From an uncultured Verrucomicrobiae bacterium (GTDB lineage: Bacteria > Verrucomicrobiota > Verrucomicrobiia > Limisphaerales > Palsa-1400): DNA of 64,000 nt. The translations under genes were made by a program, and so were the position numbers. The notes beneath the pieces were generated by a model. It saw only the letters and a program-made list of their open reading frames with translations. It searched no databases and was not told the DNA's origin. Shown one piece after another: positions 50,462-60,960 of the stretch; position 1 is the stretch's first letter, and every line of letters begins with the position of its first letter. Where the stretch lies: the NCBI GenBank assembly GCA_963707025.1, contig CAVPOM010000004.1:128001-192000 (forward strand), written 5' to 3'.

Positions 50462-50513
50462 GCGCCTGAGTGACCGGGAGGTGCTTTCCCCGGCCATCGC
50501 ACTGGCGGTGTCT

Positions 50514-52223
50514 TCAGGCGGACAATACTCCTTTGATTTTCAGCGTGACGGCGTGCGCGCAGGGTGGCTGGTCCGGCAGCTTGACGTTGAGTCCCTGCTC
50601 GTCCTGGGTCCACTCCATCTTGCCACCGTGGCCGAGGAGCGAGACATCGGCGACTTTGCGTCCGCCAATCAGCGGCGAGTTGGAGGCAAGGCTTTTGACG
50701 GCCGTGCTCCTCGTTTCGGGCCAGACCATGATGAAGGCGTAGAGCGTGTCTCCCTTCCTCGTGAAACGCAGGTCCCCGGAGGTGTAAGGCCGCACATCGC
50801 GCGCGCCGCCAAACTGGCCCCGCTGCTGCGGGCCGGTGACGGACGGGCCTTCTCCATACACGTTCCACGGGCGCGTGCCATGGATGCCCTCGCTGTTCAC
50901 ATCCATCCAGGCGGTGAATTCGGAGAGAAACTTAAGTTCGTCGTCGTCGGGAAAACCGTGGCCGGGCAGGGGAATGTTCAACTGGAGGTTGCCGTTCTTG
51001 CTCACAATATCAATGAGCATCTGGCAGACCTGTTGGGCCGTCTTGTATTTGTGCTGGTCGAAAAGGCTGCGCTCATAATGCCAGGAGCCGATGCAGGTGT
51101 CGGTCTGCCACGGCAGAGTTTCGCCGCCATTGGTGACCCCGCGCTCGACGTCCAGCACCAGGGCGCGGCGTTGTTCGGCGTTCAAGCCTTTGCCGGTCAA
51201 CACCGCCTCCAGCTTGCCGCCGTGGCGCGCCAGGCTCGTATTATAGTAATAGGCGGCGATGCGCAGGCCAATGTCGCTGGCGGGATAAATGGGCAGAACC
51301 GTGTCGTCGAAATACAACAGGTCGGGATGGTACTGGTCAACCAGGTCAATCGTGCGGTTGAAAAACTTCTCGATATAGGGCTTGGCCAGCGGGGGATTGC
51401 CGCTCTGCGGCCAATCGTAACGGCCCATGGCGTGGTACTGGGCGTAATAGTCCTGCGGATCCAGACCCTTCCACCATTGGCCCTGGCCGTCGGCTTTGCT
51501 CATGCGCCCGTCGTAAGGCACTCCCGCCAATGGGCCGCTCGGATCGGTGCCTTGCGCCGCTTGATACCAACTCCAGGCGCGGTCCCCGTGCGAGGTCACC
51601 GCCAGCCGCAGGCCGGCCGCGCGCACCGCCTTGGCCCAGCCCCCAACGATGTCCTTCTTCGGCCCAAGGGCGACGCTGTTCCACGGCTGATACCTGGAAT
51701 TGAACATGTCGAAGTTATCATGGTGATTGGCCATGGCCGCGAAGTATTTCGCCCCGGCACGCTTGTAGAGGGAAATAAGGTGCTGGGGATCCCAGCGCTC
51801 GGCCTTCCATTGGTGGACCACATCCTTGAAACCAAACTTGGAGGGATGGCCGTATTTCTGGACATGGAATTTGTAGATGGGGCCGTTAAATTGATACATC
51901 CTTTGCGCATACCAGTCGCCCATTTCGGGCTGGCATTGCGGCCCCCAGTGCGCCCAGATGCCCAACTTCGCGTCGCGGAACCAATCGGGCACCTGATAGC
52001 TGCTGGAGAGCGATTCCCACGCCGGCTGAAACGGCCCGGGGGCGACGCCAAAACCGGGCGGCGCGGAAATCGCCCTCGGCGCCGGAGGCAAGCCGGACGC
52101 CGGCGCGGCGACGGGTGTGTTCCCTTTGCTGGCGCAGGAAGGCAGGAGCGGCAGGCTGGCCGCGGCGCCGGCAAAGAGCGCGGATTGTTTGAGGAATTGA
52201 CGGCGGGAGAAGTGCTTCTTCAT
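50514..52223 (-). CDS. Alpha-L-fucosidase (GH29), Tat-exported
   Basis: SRRQFLK; PDWFRDAKLGIWAHWG, AGAKYF...HHDNF, LIDIVSKNGNLQLNIP, EGIHGTRPW. Confidence 0.92.
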   Translation of the reverse strand: MKKHFSRRQFLKQSALFAGAAASLPLLPSCASKGNTPVAAPASGLPPAPRAISAPPGFGVAPGPFQPAWESLSSSYQVPDWFRDAKLGIWAHWGPQCQPEMGDWYAQRMYQFNGPIYKFHVQKYGHPSKFGFKDVVHQWKAERWDPQHLISLYKRAGAKYFAAMANHHDNFDMFNSRYQPWNSVALGPKKDIVGGWAKAVRAAGLRLAVTSHGDRAWSWYQAAQGTDPSGPLAGVPYDGRMSKADGQGQWWKGLDPQDYYAQYHAMGRYDWPQSGNPPLAKPYIEKFFNRTIDLVDQYHPDLLYFDDTVLPIYPASDIGLRIAAYYYNTSLARHGGKLEAVLTGKGLNAEQRRALVLDVERGVTNGGETLPWQTDTCIGSWHYERSLFDQHKYKTAQQVCQMLIDIVSKNGNLQLNIPLPGHGFPDDDELKFLSEFTAWMDVNSEGIHGTRPWNVYGEGPSVTGPQQRGQFGGARDVRPYTSGDLRFTRKGDTLYAFIMVWPETRSTAVKSLASNSPLIGGRKVADVSLLGHGGKMEWTQDEQGLNVKLPDQPPCAHAVTLKIKGVLSA

Positions 52224-52823
52224 AAGTGAGTTTTAAGGGACACGCTGCCATATCCGCAACGGCAGCGCTACAGTTTGACGTGTTGAATGTTGGGTCCGTC
52301 CGTGAAGCGCAGCCCGCGGCCCGACTGGCTGGCCGCCGCCGAAAGGAAGGCCGCCAGCGCGAGTCCGCATGAGAAAACGTATCTGGCTCGTCCGTTCATA
52401 AACTTCAATCCACTTGCGTGCTGTGCTCCCGCAAAGCTTGTCTTCCCGGCCGTTGGCGAACAAGCAAATTTCCAATGGCCAAACCGTAAAAGGACTCAGC
52501 GTGGATTGGGATGGTTGCGTCCACCCATGAAAACTCTGGCGCGATTTGTTTTGCTGGCCGGATTGTCCTGCCGCTCCACCCCGCCCAGCCCGGCCCACCA
52601 GCCGTGCCGGGAAGTCACCGTGCCGACACGATGACGGATCATGCAACAGGCTGGTTGCCGGTCAAACCAGCCGGCATCGTGGCCGGCCTGCCGCCGGCGC
52701 ATCGGCCGCCGGCGAAATATAGTGTTGACAAACTCGCCAGGGCCTGCCCATGTCAAACCAAACGTTTTCATGGCCCTGCCGGACACAGGCCGGCCCCGAA
52801 GGCCGGACTTGCGCGGCGCTTTC

Positions 52824-53771
52824 TCATTGCGCGTTTGCCTGCAACGCCGGCAGTTCCTCCGGGGCAACCCGCCGCACACAGCGGAAGCCGCAGAAGTCGG
52901 TGCAGAAACAGGCGTCGGTGTCGCCCGTGCGCTGGCCCTGGCGAAAAGTGGCCCGGCACATGGCGGCGCTGGCGTTCCACGAACCTCCGCGCAGCACGCG
53001 CTTGACGTCCCGGCCCGGACTGGGCGGCCCGCGCGGATCCACCGCCGCGCTTTGCTGATAATAAGCCGGGCTGTAAACATCCTCGCACCACTCTGCGACG
53101 TTTCCATACATGTCATACAACCCCCAGCGGTTGGGCTTCTTCTGGCCCACGGGATGAGTCCTCTGCTCGGCGTTGTCCGCGAACCAGGCGTATTGGCGCA
53201 ATTTGTCCGGCGGCCCGAAATCGTAAGGCCCGTCGGTGCCCGCGCGACAGGCGTATTCCCACTCCGCTTCGGTGGGCAGGCGATAACCGCCGGCCGCGTA
53301 ATCGCATTCCCAGTCCAGGGTCTTTTCGTTGTAACACGCTTTCAGCCCTTCCAGCATGGAGCGTTCGTTGCAGTATTGCTTGGCGTCCCGCCAGCGCACC
53401 CGCTCCACCGGTTTGTTGGGATTGTCCTGCCAGTGCGATGGATTGGGCAATTGCGCCCGGGTGAACATCCGGTGAGTCACCGTGTATTTATCCATCATGA
53501 AACTGCTCAGCCGGACGTTGTGGACCGGGCCTTCGTCCGCATTGCCCTGGCTGGTCCCCATCATGAACTCGCCTCCGGGCAGCCAAACCATTTCCACGCC
53601 GGATTTGGTGACGACCGCCAAGGGTGCGGCCGGCAATGTGGCCGCGGCAGCGCCGGCCCGGTTGACGGACCCGGCCTGGCTCTGCTGCTCCGAGCCGGAC
53701 TTGCCGCAGGAACAAACCAGACTTAATCCCGCCAGCAGACTGATTAAAGAAAGACTTCTGATCACGCGCAC
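52824..53771 (-). CDS. Formylglycine-generating enzyme (SUMF1/FGE-sulfatase) domain lipoprotein
   Basis: GGEFMMG, EGPVHNV, PVERVRW, YRLPTEAEWEYACRAG, PNRWGLYDMYGNVAEWC, VLRGGSW, GFRCVR. Confidence 0.9.
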   Translation of the reverse strand: MRVIRSLSLISLLAGLSLVCSCGKSGSEQQSQAGSVNRAGAAAATLPAAPLAVVTKSGVEMVWLPGGEFMMGTSQGNADEGPVHNVRLSSFMMDKYTVTHRMFTRAQLPNPSHWQDNPNKPVERVRWRDAKQYCNERSMLEGLKACYNEKTLDWECDYAAGGYRLPTEAEWEYACRAGTDGPYDFGPPDKLRQYAWFADNAEQRTHPVGQKKPNRWGLYDMYGNVAEWCEDVYSPAYYQQSAAVDPRGPPSPGRDVKRVLRGGSWNASAAMCRATFRQGQRTGDTDACFCTDFCGFRCVRRVAPEELPALQANAQ

Positions 53772-53776
53772 TCCGG

Positions 53777-54839
53777 TTAATTCCTGCGTGGCCGGATCCA
53801 GGCCGACTCCTTGTTGCTCAATCCATTGGTGGTGAGCATGGTGAAATCGGCTTCGTTCCCCAGGTTGAGATCAATCGTCCTGGCCTCCCCGGCGGACACC
53901 GCCGCGATATTCCAGCCCGGCGCATAGACCCCCATGATCTCGCATGCCGCTTGGAACGTCCCCGGCTTGTTGGGATCCCCCTCGCCATCCGGCCCACGGC
54001 TGAAACTGAGAAACTGGCTGTCCGGCGACCATCTCACATGATAAATCTTGTTCGCGGCGTCCTTAATCCGAACGTGCCACTCGCCCACTTTGGGTTCATC
54101 GGCATCGGTGTCTATCGGCCCGACGGCAATCTCATTGTCGCCGGCGCCCCAGGCGAGCTGCTGGCCATCGGGGCTTGGACAAGGCCGGCAGCCGGGAATC
54201 TTCAAGTCAATAATTTTATTCCCGTGCGCCTCGATGAGCAGAATCGTGTGATCGTAACCCATGCCGGGCATGCACGGTGGAGACGATCCATTTGCCGTTG
54301 GCGCAGAAGCCGGGGTTATAGAGATGGAACAGATTGGTGTAGTTGGGATGCGGTGTCATCTTCCCCGTCGCCAGCTCGTAAAAATTCATCCCCTTGGTGT
54401 AATAATCTATCACATTGAACTTGAGATACTCCTGGTCCAGATACCCGATGACTTTGCTGTCTGGCGACCAGAACGGTTCCCGCGCGTAATCGGCGATCTT
54501 TTTCCGATTGTGGCCGTCCACATCCATGACATACAGGCTGCGGATGGCCTCGCGGCCCTCGCCCTGGTCCGCCACGAAGCAGATGCGCCTGCCGTCCGGC
54601 GAAACCTGCGGGTAATGCTCATTCAGGTCCGGCGTTTTGGTCAGATTCACCGGCTGCGACCCGTCCGCGTTCATGACAAAGATTTCCCAATTCCCATCCA
54701 CATAACTCTCGTAGGCGATCTTGAACGGCGACGCCTTCAAACGCTCGCGCAACGGCACGGGGTCAGCCGCGCCCGCCCGTTGAGTGAGCCACGCCAGCGC
54801 CGCCAGCAGGCTGGCCAGCCGAAATAATGTTGTTCTCAT
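53777..54839 (-). CDS. TolB-like/PD40 beta-propeller secreted protein, frameshift near 54270
   Basis: GNWEIFVMNADGS..VNLT, PQVSPDG, PFWSPDS, PCPSPDG, VRWSPDS. Confidence 0.75.
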
Positions 54840-54999
54840 CGCAGCAACCCAAAGCCTAGCCCGCCCGCAGAATGGCGTCGAGCAAAACCCTCCGTGGTCA
54901 AGGTGGAAGGAACTCGCGTATTGGCTCCTCCGACGCCAAAGCCAGGGAGGACAGGGCGAATTGGCGCGAATCCTGAGTGAAATGGTTGGGTATTGGGAT

Positions 55000-55352
55000 G
55001 GTGGAGTGATGGCCGTGGTCAAGGTTGAAGAAATGGTTTGACTGAGTTTGACCGGGTTTGACCGGAAAAGCTGATTCTTTGGCGCAAATACTTCGTGGAA
55101 AGGCACTTGAGTTGATTTGCCGTGAAAAGGCTCATCCGCCGTCGCTGAAGCTTTGGCGGACAAGAAAGGCGCAGAAAAAGACGCAGTTGCAGCGCAGGGA
55201 TCATAAAGTACAGTGATTTGGTTAGGTATTGGGATGCGCTTGGTGTGGTGGAGTGATGGAGTCTTGGGCATGGTCAAGGTTGAAAAAATGGTTTGACCTG
55301 GTTTGACCGGGCGGGAAGGCAAATGCAGAATGCAAAATGCAAAATGCAAAAT
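55000..55352. repeat. Diverged ~60-bp direct repeat plus 7-mer tandem repeat
   Basis: GGTGGAGTGATGG...TGGTCAAGGTTGAA.AAATGGTTTGAC..GTTTGACCGGG at ~55000-55056 and ~55247-55311; (AAATGCA)-type heptamers at ~55321-55352. Confidence 0.7.
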
Positions 55353-55975
55353 GGGAAGCAGGGCGGGAGCGATGAAGTTCTCATGGGTGCGACAAATTGG
55401 GGCAGCACGGTTGCTTTGAAGACAGGATGAACGGGAGGCACAGGATTTTGAGTGTTGAAACCTGCGCGGTCCCGGCAGGGCCGGGATTGGACATGGAACC
55501 CCTGACGCTTTGGAGTGTGCCGACGGGTCGGCACCGCTTTGCTCTCCGGGAATCGTTCCCCATGCAACAGCGGGACCGCGCTTCCCGCACTCCATATTCG
55601 CCGCCCTCATAACTCAGGAAATAATAGCATTTAAGTACGGGTTGTCAAAGGAAAAAGGAGGATTATTGCAAGGGCCTCATCATTAGACACTTATGTGGGA
55701 AAAGTATAAAGGATAAATGCAGAATGAGGAAAGGGGTTTCAACCGGAGGCCACCCAGGCAACGGAGATGGAAAGGCAGAGTGCAAAACTCCTCCTCCTCC
55801 GCCATCCCCGCCTGCGCGATTCAGCCCCGGGCCAATCACCGCAAAAATGCCGTGATGCGGGACCGGTTTATCTCGCTCACATCAAGGACAAATCTAAAAA
55901 GACGGCAACCGCCACGGGTTGGCTCGTGCGACATCAGCGGCATCCTCAAAATGTCATTTTTCCAGTCAGACACCT

Positions 55976-57004
55976 TCAGTGATGGGTCCCTTTCTTCTGC
56001 AACTTTGAAATGGGAACGTGACCACCGGGCCGACCAAATGGAGTCGCGGGTTCGGCGAGGATCAGGGCCATTTGCTCGCCGGATTCATCCGGTTGGACAA
56101 TTCCATGTAGTTCGACTTCCATCTGCTGACCATTGAATTGACGGTAGAGGCTGGCGAGACGGGGAATTGCCTTCTGGGCGAGGTGGAAATAAGCGCGGTC
56201 AATTTCCAGCCCAATGGAGGTGTAGCCAATGGCTTCGGCGGCGGCGATGGTGGCACCTGATCCCATGAAGGGGTCGAGAATTGAACCCTCACCCAACGGC
56301 AGGAGGGCGCGCACGATGATGCGCATGAAATGCTGGGGCTTGAGACAGGGATGGTCGGAAATGGCTTCTTCGCGCTTGGGCGTCCGGCCGCTGGGAATGG
56401 CGTCGGGCAGAGGCTTGTCCGTGGAGAGGCGGCGCAACGCGCCGGTTTTCCAGCGACGCAAGTTTTCGGCGACGGTATTGGTTTCGATGGGCTTGCGAAA
56501 GAGCATCCACGGTTCATACGCGCCTTTGGGGCTGACGCAGACTTCCGGGAATTCCGCTTCCGCGTTCTTGGGCCGGTCGCCGCCGCGAAAACTGTAGTAG
56601 AGGCGCATGATGGCCGGCCGCACTTCGAAGCCCGCCTCGGCCATTGCGCCCTGCACATGGTGTTGCAGAATCGGATGGCCCGCCACGCAAACATGCGCTC
56701 CGGGAACCAAGGCCGGCAGGAGCAGGTTGCCCCAGTCGCGAAAGTAATCCCGCAGGTTTTGTTTCTGGTCATCGGTGAGGATGGTAAAGCGCGGCAAGGG
56801 ATCGCGGTGGCTGCCGCCCATTTTCGGAGGCAGCCGCCAGACACCCCCTCGTCCGGCCCGCATCTTGGCCACCTCTTTTTCGGTGAACTCCAAAATGCCG
56901 TAGGGCGGGTCTGTGCAAACGGCGTGGAGCGAGTGGGCGGGACACTGCCGCAGCCAGGCAAAGCAATCAGTTTGTTCAATCCGAAACACGGTGCTTAATT
57001 TCAA
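55976..57004 (-). CDS. Site-specific DNA amino-methyltransferase (N4C/N6A, beta class)
   Basis: Catalytic TDPPY near N-terminus; HPCLKP; SAM-binding ILDPFMGSG near C-terminus. Confidence 0.9.
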   Translation of the reverse strand: MKLSTVFRIEQTDCFAWLRQCPAHSLHAVCTDPPYGILEFTEKEVAKMRAGRGGVWRLPPKMGGSHRDPLPRFTILTDDQKQNLRDYFRDWGNLLLPALVPGAHVCVAGHPILQHHVQGAMAEAGFEVRPAIMRLYYSFRGGDRPKNAEAEFPEVCVSPKGAYEPWMLFRKPIETNTVAENLRRWKTGALRRLSTDKPLPDAIPSGRTPKREEAISDHPCLKPQHFMRIIVRALLPLGEGSILDPFMGSGATIAAAEAIGYTSIGLEIDRAYFHLAQKAIPRLASLYRQFNGQQMEVELHGIVQPDESGEQMALILAEPATPFGRPGGHVPISKLQKKGTHH

Positions 57005-57055
57005 CTATAGGTGAAAGACAAGCAAGCGAAAAATGTGTATCAACTAAAGGCGAAA
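57000..57055. promoter_or_regulatory. Two C-box-like sites in the divergent promoter
   Basis: TCAACTATAGGTGAAA (57001-57016, near-palindromic) and TCAACTAAAGGCGAAA (57040-57055). Confidence 0.6.
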
Positions 57056-57942
57056 TGGACGCCAAAACGATTCTGGGCCGATTCATCCGCAAATTGCGCG
57101 AACAGGCCAGCCTGACGCAGGAGCAGTTGGCCCAGAAAGCCGGGATCACATACCAGTATCTTTCCGGCTTGGAAAACGGGCGGGAGAACTTTTCCATAGA
57201 CATTCTGGATGCTTTGGGAACGGCGTTGGAGTGCCCTTTGCCGCACTTGATTTCCGGGGCCTTCGCCGAGGAGAGCCTGGCTCCAATTCCCACGGTCAAT
57301 AAAGATTACTTCCGAAGGCGGGTCCCGTTGCCGCCGAAGCTCAATCTCTCGCACATCGAAAGGTCCATGAACGCGGCTCAACGAGTATTGGCGGTGATCA
57401 ACAGCAATTTGGTTTCGACGGGGGCGAAGCCGTTGTACGACTACATTCAGGGGAATAACTTCAGCGGGCTGGTCTCGAATATTCTGTGCGACGCGCTGAA
57501 TGACCACTCGCCTTACAAACACAATTCTCATCAGGCTTACCCCGATTTGATCAATCCCGAAGTGGAGGAAGCTGGCAAACCCATCGGCCTGGAGGTCAAA
57601 ACGACGATTCAAATCGGCAAAGGCGGCGAAAGCCACAACGGGCATTCGGGCTGGCATTTGGTGGCCTGTTACCGGATTGACCGCGAGACATGGAACATCA
57701 AATTCGTCCATGTCATGCTGGCCGTTTTGAATGGACACGCGCAGCCGCAGCCGGATTGGACTTATGTCGGCAGCAAGGTCAACGCGAAGACCGGCAGCAG
57801 GCGGACGGAGACCTACAACACAAATCTGGTTGGGACGACGAAACTGCGCGATGGCTCTGTGTTTCTTGACGCGACGATGGTCAATTTCAAGCGATGGCGG
57901 GCGAAACGCCTGGGGGAGAAACCGCCCTACGCGCTTTGTTAA
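57055..57942 (+). CDS. XRE HTH (controller-like) fused to a putative PD-(D/E)xK restriction endonuclease
   Basis: LGRFIRKLREQASLTQEQLAQKAGITYQYLSGLENG; YPDL...GLEVKT; divergent from the methyltransferase. Confidence 0.75.
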   Translation: MDAKTILGRFIRKLREQASLTQEQLAQKAGITYQYLSGLENGRENFSIDILDALGTALECPLPHLISGAFAEESLAPIPTVNKDYFRRRVPLPPKLNLSHIERSMNAAQRVLAVINSNLVSTGAKPLYDYIQGNNFSGLVSNILCDALNDHSPYKHNSHQAYPDLINPEVEEAGKPIGLEVKTTIQIGKGGESHNGHSGWHLVACYRIDRETWNIKFVHVMLAVLNGHAQPQPDWTYVGSKVNAKTGSRRTETYNTNLVGTTKLRDGSVFLDATMVNFKRWRAKRLGEKPPYALC

Positions 57943-58137
57943 CGATCCTTTCAACTCTGTTTAAAAGAACTCTGCCCTTTTGTTTCGTCCCATAAGCCTG
58001 TTTGCCTGAACATTTCCAACCGCCTGGAACGTCTTTGCCGACCAAGACGAGTGGTATTCCACATCATGTTCTAACATGATCTCCCCAAACGGCGGTCAAA
58101 GTGGCGATTGCGGCGGATGCAAAGAAAGGAAGAAAAC

Positions 58138-58365
58138 ATGATGCCAAGTAATGTGGAATTAAATGATTTGGAATCAACCAATGGCGTGTGTGACCATTGC
58201 GCCAAGCCGATTGAAAATTGTGCGTGCGAGGTGCATTGTGGATATTGTGAAGATTTGATGCCGCGAAAGCATGAACACGTTCCAGATAAAGATTACTGCC
58301 AAAACTGCGGCCAGCCTGCCCACGAGGGCGATTGCGAGGATTTTCCAGCCGACCATTTCGATTAA
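58138..58365 (+). CDS. Small Cys/His-rich hypothetical protein
   Basis: RBS GAAAGGA; CDHC, CAC, CGYC, CQNC in 75 aa. Confidence 0.5.
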   Translation: MMPSNVELNDLESTNGVCDHCAKPIENCACEVHCGYCEDLMPRKHEHVPDKDYCQNCGQPAHEGDCEDFPADHFD

Positions 58366-58491
58366 ATAGTTTCAAATTAGGGGACTACCTCCAATGTCCA
58401 AGTTGTCCGCTATCTTCCGCCGCGCCAGTGGCCCGGCGGGACGGGTCCCGATGGCATCGGGATTCCACCCATGCGGCAGGTAATGTGCGGG

Positions 58492-60960
58492 CTAAGGGGT
58501 GAGGTCAATGGCGTTGGCGCCGCTCTTGAGCTGCACTTCTTTGGCGCGCCATACGAAGACGCCGGTGATGTTCGGCGGCAGTTGCACGCTGCCACGACAG
58601 CGGCCGGCCTCAAAGGCGAGGTCCAGCGCAATGAAGCCGTCCGGATGCGGCGTGCGGCTGACGATCTTGGGCAGGTTGCCCGGCTGGGGCGCGATGCGCA
58701 CGGTGCGGAACCCCGGCGAATCAGGGCGCACGCCCGCGATGCTGGCATGGAGATGGAACAGGGGATGACTGCCCCAGGCATGGCAATCCGAACGCGTATC
58801 GCCCGGCATTTCGACCGGGGTTTTGAGTCCCTGCTTGACCAAATCCTTCCAGAAACCCATCCGTTCGACGATGAGATCGCCGCGTCCGAATTTTTGGAAC
58901 GTCTCCAGCAGGTAGAAACTGAAGTAAATGGTGGCGCGCTTCAGGCCGGGCGCAGTCAACAATTGCTCGAAGCAGCGCCGGGCCTGGTCGCCGGTCAGCG
59001 TATCGGAGAGCAGCGCCAGGCATTGGGCGTGCTCGCTGAATTCGGTATGCGCCAGGTTGTCGGCCATGAGGCCGCGGGATTCGTCCCAGAATTTGGCGCG
59101 CACGGCCGCGGCGGTGCGGGCCGCCTGCGCGCGCAGGCGTTGCGCCAGGAGCGGTTCGGCCAGGAAATCCTCGACCCCGGCGGATTGTTGCAGGGCATAA
59201 ACGTAGAGGAGGTTGTTGAGGGAAGAAATGCCGTTGACGCCATCGGGCGCGTCGCCGTTGCGCCACCCCGGCACCCAATCCATGAAGGGCCAGCCCGGCA
59301 AATTTTCCAGCAGGCCGTCGCCATTCATGTAAGGTTGAAAATGCTCGAGCATGGAGCGCAAGCCGATGGCGCGCGCCTTGACGAAGGCGGGGTCGTTGTG
59401 CCAGAAGGCATAGTCGTGGAGCATCAAGGCCCATATTAGGGAAAAGGTCGGCGAGTCTTGCGGCAGAAAGGCGGGATAGCGTTCGTTGACAAACCCCCAA
59501 TTGCGGCGCGAGAAATCAAACAGCTCGATGGCGCGCTTGACCAGTCGGTCATCGCGCGTCATCACCCCGGTGGTGAGCAGTTCCAGGCGGGTGTCGCCGT
59601 CGTACTGAAGTTGTTCGTAGTACGGGCAGTCCATGTAGGTTTCGTGGGCGCACATCTGAATGCCGCGCACGGCCAGGGCCATGACGCCCGCCAGTTCGGC
59701 ATCCCCGCCGTCGAAACTGCCCTCGTTTTCGTAGGGGTAGCGGTTCTCGTTCAGCGCCAGGCGGTGAATGGTCAGCGGTTCCGCCGCGGTTTTAATGGAG
59801 AGCAGGCACCAGCGGCAGGCGCGCCACCAAAGGGTGGTGAATTTCTTGTGCGTCCCGCCGCCCGGCAGGAAAGTGTCCGTCATGCCGCGGAAGGTTTTGC
59901 CGATGAATTCGCCGCGCTGGCCTTTGGCGTTGGACCTGGGCAGGTAGAGCGACTCGGCCCAACTCCACGCCAGTTTGGCGCCCGTGCCGCCGCTGACTTC
60001 GCAGAGCGGATAGGCGCAATAATAGTTGTCGAGGTCCCAGAGGAGGAACAGCTCGGTATTGGCCGGGACGACGACCGGCTCTCCGCCCCCGAGGAGCGCC
60101 TGCCACTTGGGCAAATCGGGATGCTGCGCCTGTTCCGCGCGCACGGGGTCATTCGCGCCCAGCGCGCCGCTGCCCAGCGCGACGGCGCGGCCGGCGGTGA
60201 TCTCGCGGTCCAACTGATCGGGCAGGGTGGTGGGAAACAATTTCCAGCCGGCCGCGCTTTCGCCGGTGGCGTTGCCGCGGATTGCGGAACGGACCACCTG
60301 GGCCTTGACGTAGTTGCCTTCCTTCCATTGCGGCCCGCAATCGTGCGCGGTCAATTGTGCGCCGACAAAGAAAACACCCGGAGCGAATTCGCAACCCTCC
60401 AGCCTGGCGACTTCCCACGCCGCCCTGCCGGTGGTGAGTTGCCGGTCATAATCACCCTCGGCCTTGAGGACAAAACCGCCGCGCCAGGACAACTGCGCGA
60501 CGGGCGCGTAGGGGCCGATGCTCCAGGCCAGCGCTTCGAGGCGGTGCTGGCCCGGCGCAAGCTGCAACTCGTAGGTCGCGTAGGACCAGTGCTCGACATC
60601 GGACCGGTCGGGGCCGCGCGCGATGCGGGCGCCGTCCAGAAACAACTCAAAACGTTCGTCGGCGCTGACGTGAATGCGCAGGGGCGCGGCGCCGGCTTCA
60701 AACTCCTTGCGAAAGCGCAACAAAACCGGCTCGCGCCATCCGCCGGAAAAAACGTCGCCATGCGACGGCGCCACCGCGTTGCCGAAGTCCGGATGCCAAA
60801 TCCACGCGGCCTCGTCAATGGGCTGGAGCGGGACAATCCCGGTGTTGCCAAGCTGCAGGCGCGGCGGCAGAAAAATTTTGCGGACGACGGGCGGATTATT
60901 TTCCGCCGCAACAGCGGAAAGCGCCAGCGCGGCGGCAAACAGGCTTGGCAGGAATTTCAT
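58492..60960 (-). CDS. Alpha-L-rhamnosidase (GH78)
   Basis: HVSADERFELFLDG...RGP, ETYMDCPYYEQLQYDGD, FMDW, RSDCHAWGSHP, VRIAPQPG. Confidence 0.9.
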   Translation of the reverse strand: MKFLPSLFAAALALSAVAAENNPPVVRKIFLPPRLQLGNTGIVPLQPIDEAAWIWHPDFGNAVAPSHGDVFSGGWREPVLLRFRKEFEAGAAPLRIHVSADERFELFLDGARIARGPDRSDVEHWSYATYELQLAPGQHRLEALAWSIGPYAPVAQLSWRGGFVLKAEGDYDRQLTTGRAAWEVARLEGCEFAPGVFFVGAQLTAHDCGPQWKEGNYVKAQVVRSAIRGNATGESAAGWKLFPTTLPDQLDREITAGRAVALGSGALGANDPVRAEQAQHPDLPKWQALLGGGEPVVVPANTELFLLWDLDNYYCAYPLCEVSGGTGAKLAWSWAESLYLPRSNAKGQRGEFIGKTFRGMTDTFLPGGGTHKKFTTLWWRACRWCLLSIKTAAEPLTIHRLALNENRYPYENEGSFDGGDAELAGVMALAVRGIQMCAHETYMDCPYYEQLQYDGDTRLELLTTGVMTRDDRLVKRAIELFDFSRRNWGFVNERYPAFLPQDSPTFSLIWALMLHDYAFWHNDPAFVKARAIGLRSMLEHFQPYMNGDGLLENLPGWPFMDWVPGWRNGDAPDGVNGISSLNNLLYVYALQQSAGVEDFLAEPLLAQRLRAQAARTAAAVRAKFWDESRGLMADNLAHTEFSEHAQCLALLSDTLTGDQARRCFEQLLTAPGLKRATIYFSFYLLETFQKFGRGDLIVERMGFWKDLVKQGLKTPVEMPGDTRSDCHAWGSHPLFHLHASIAGVRPDSPGFRTVRIAPQPGNLPKIVSRTPHPDGFIALDLAFEAGRCRGSVQLPPNITGVFVWRAKEVQLKSGANAIDLTP

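Noticed and set aside
29121..54300. Clustered single-base frameshifts as programmed frameshifting or phase variation
   Set aside because: No consistent slippery motif; decay or long-read indel error is more likely and cannot be separated without reads
57984..57998. CGTCCCATAAG resembling the IS4 terminal repeat
   Set aside because: Too short; no partner end or transposase remnant nearby
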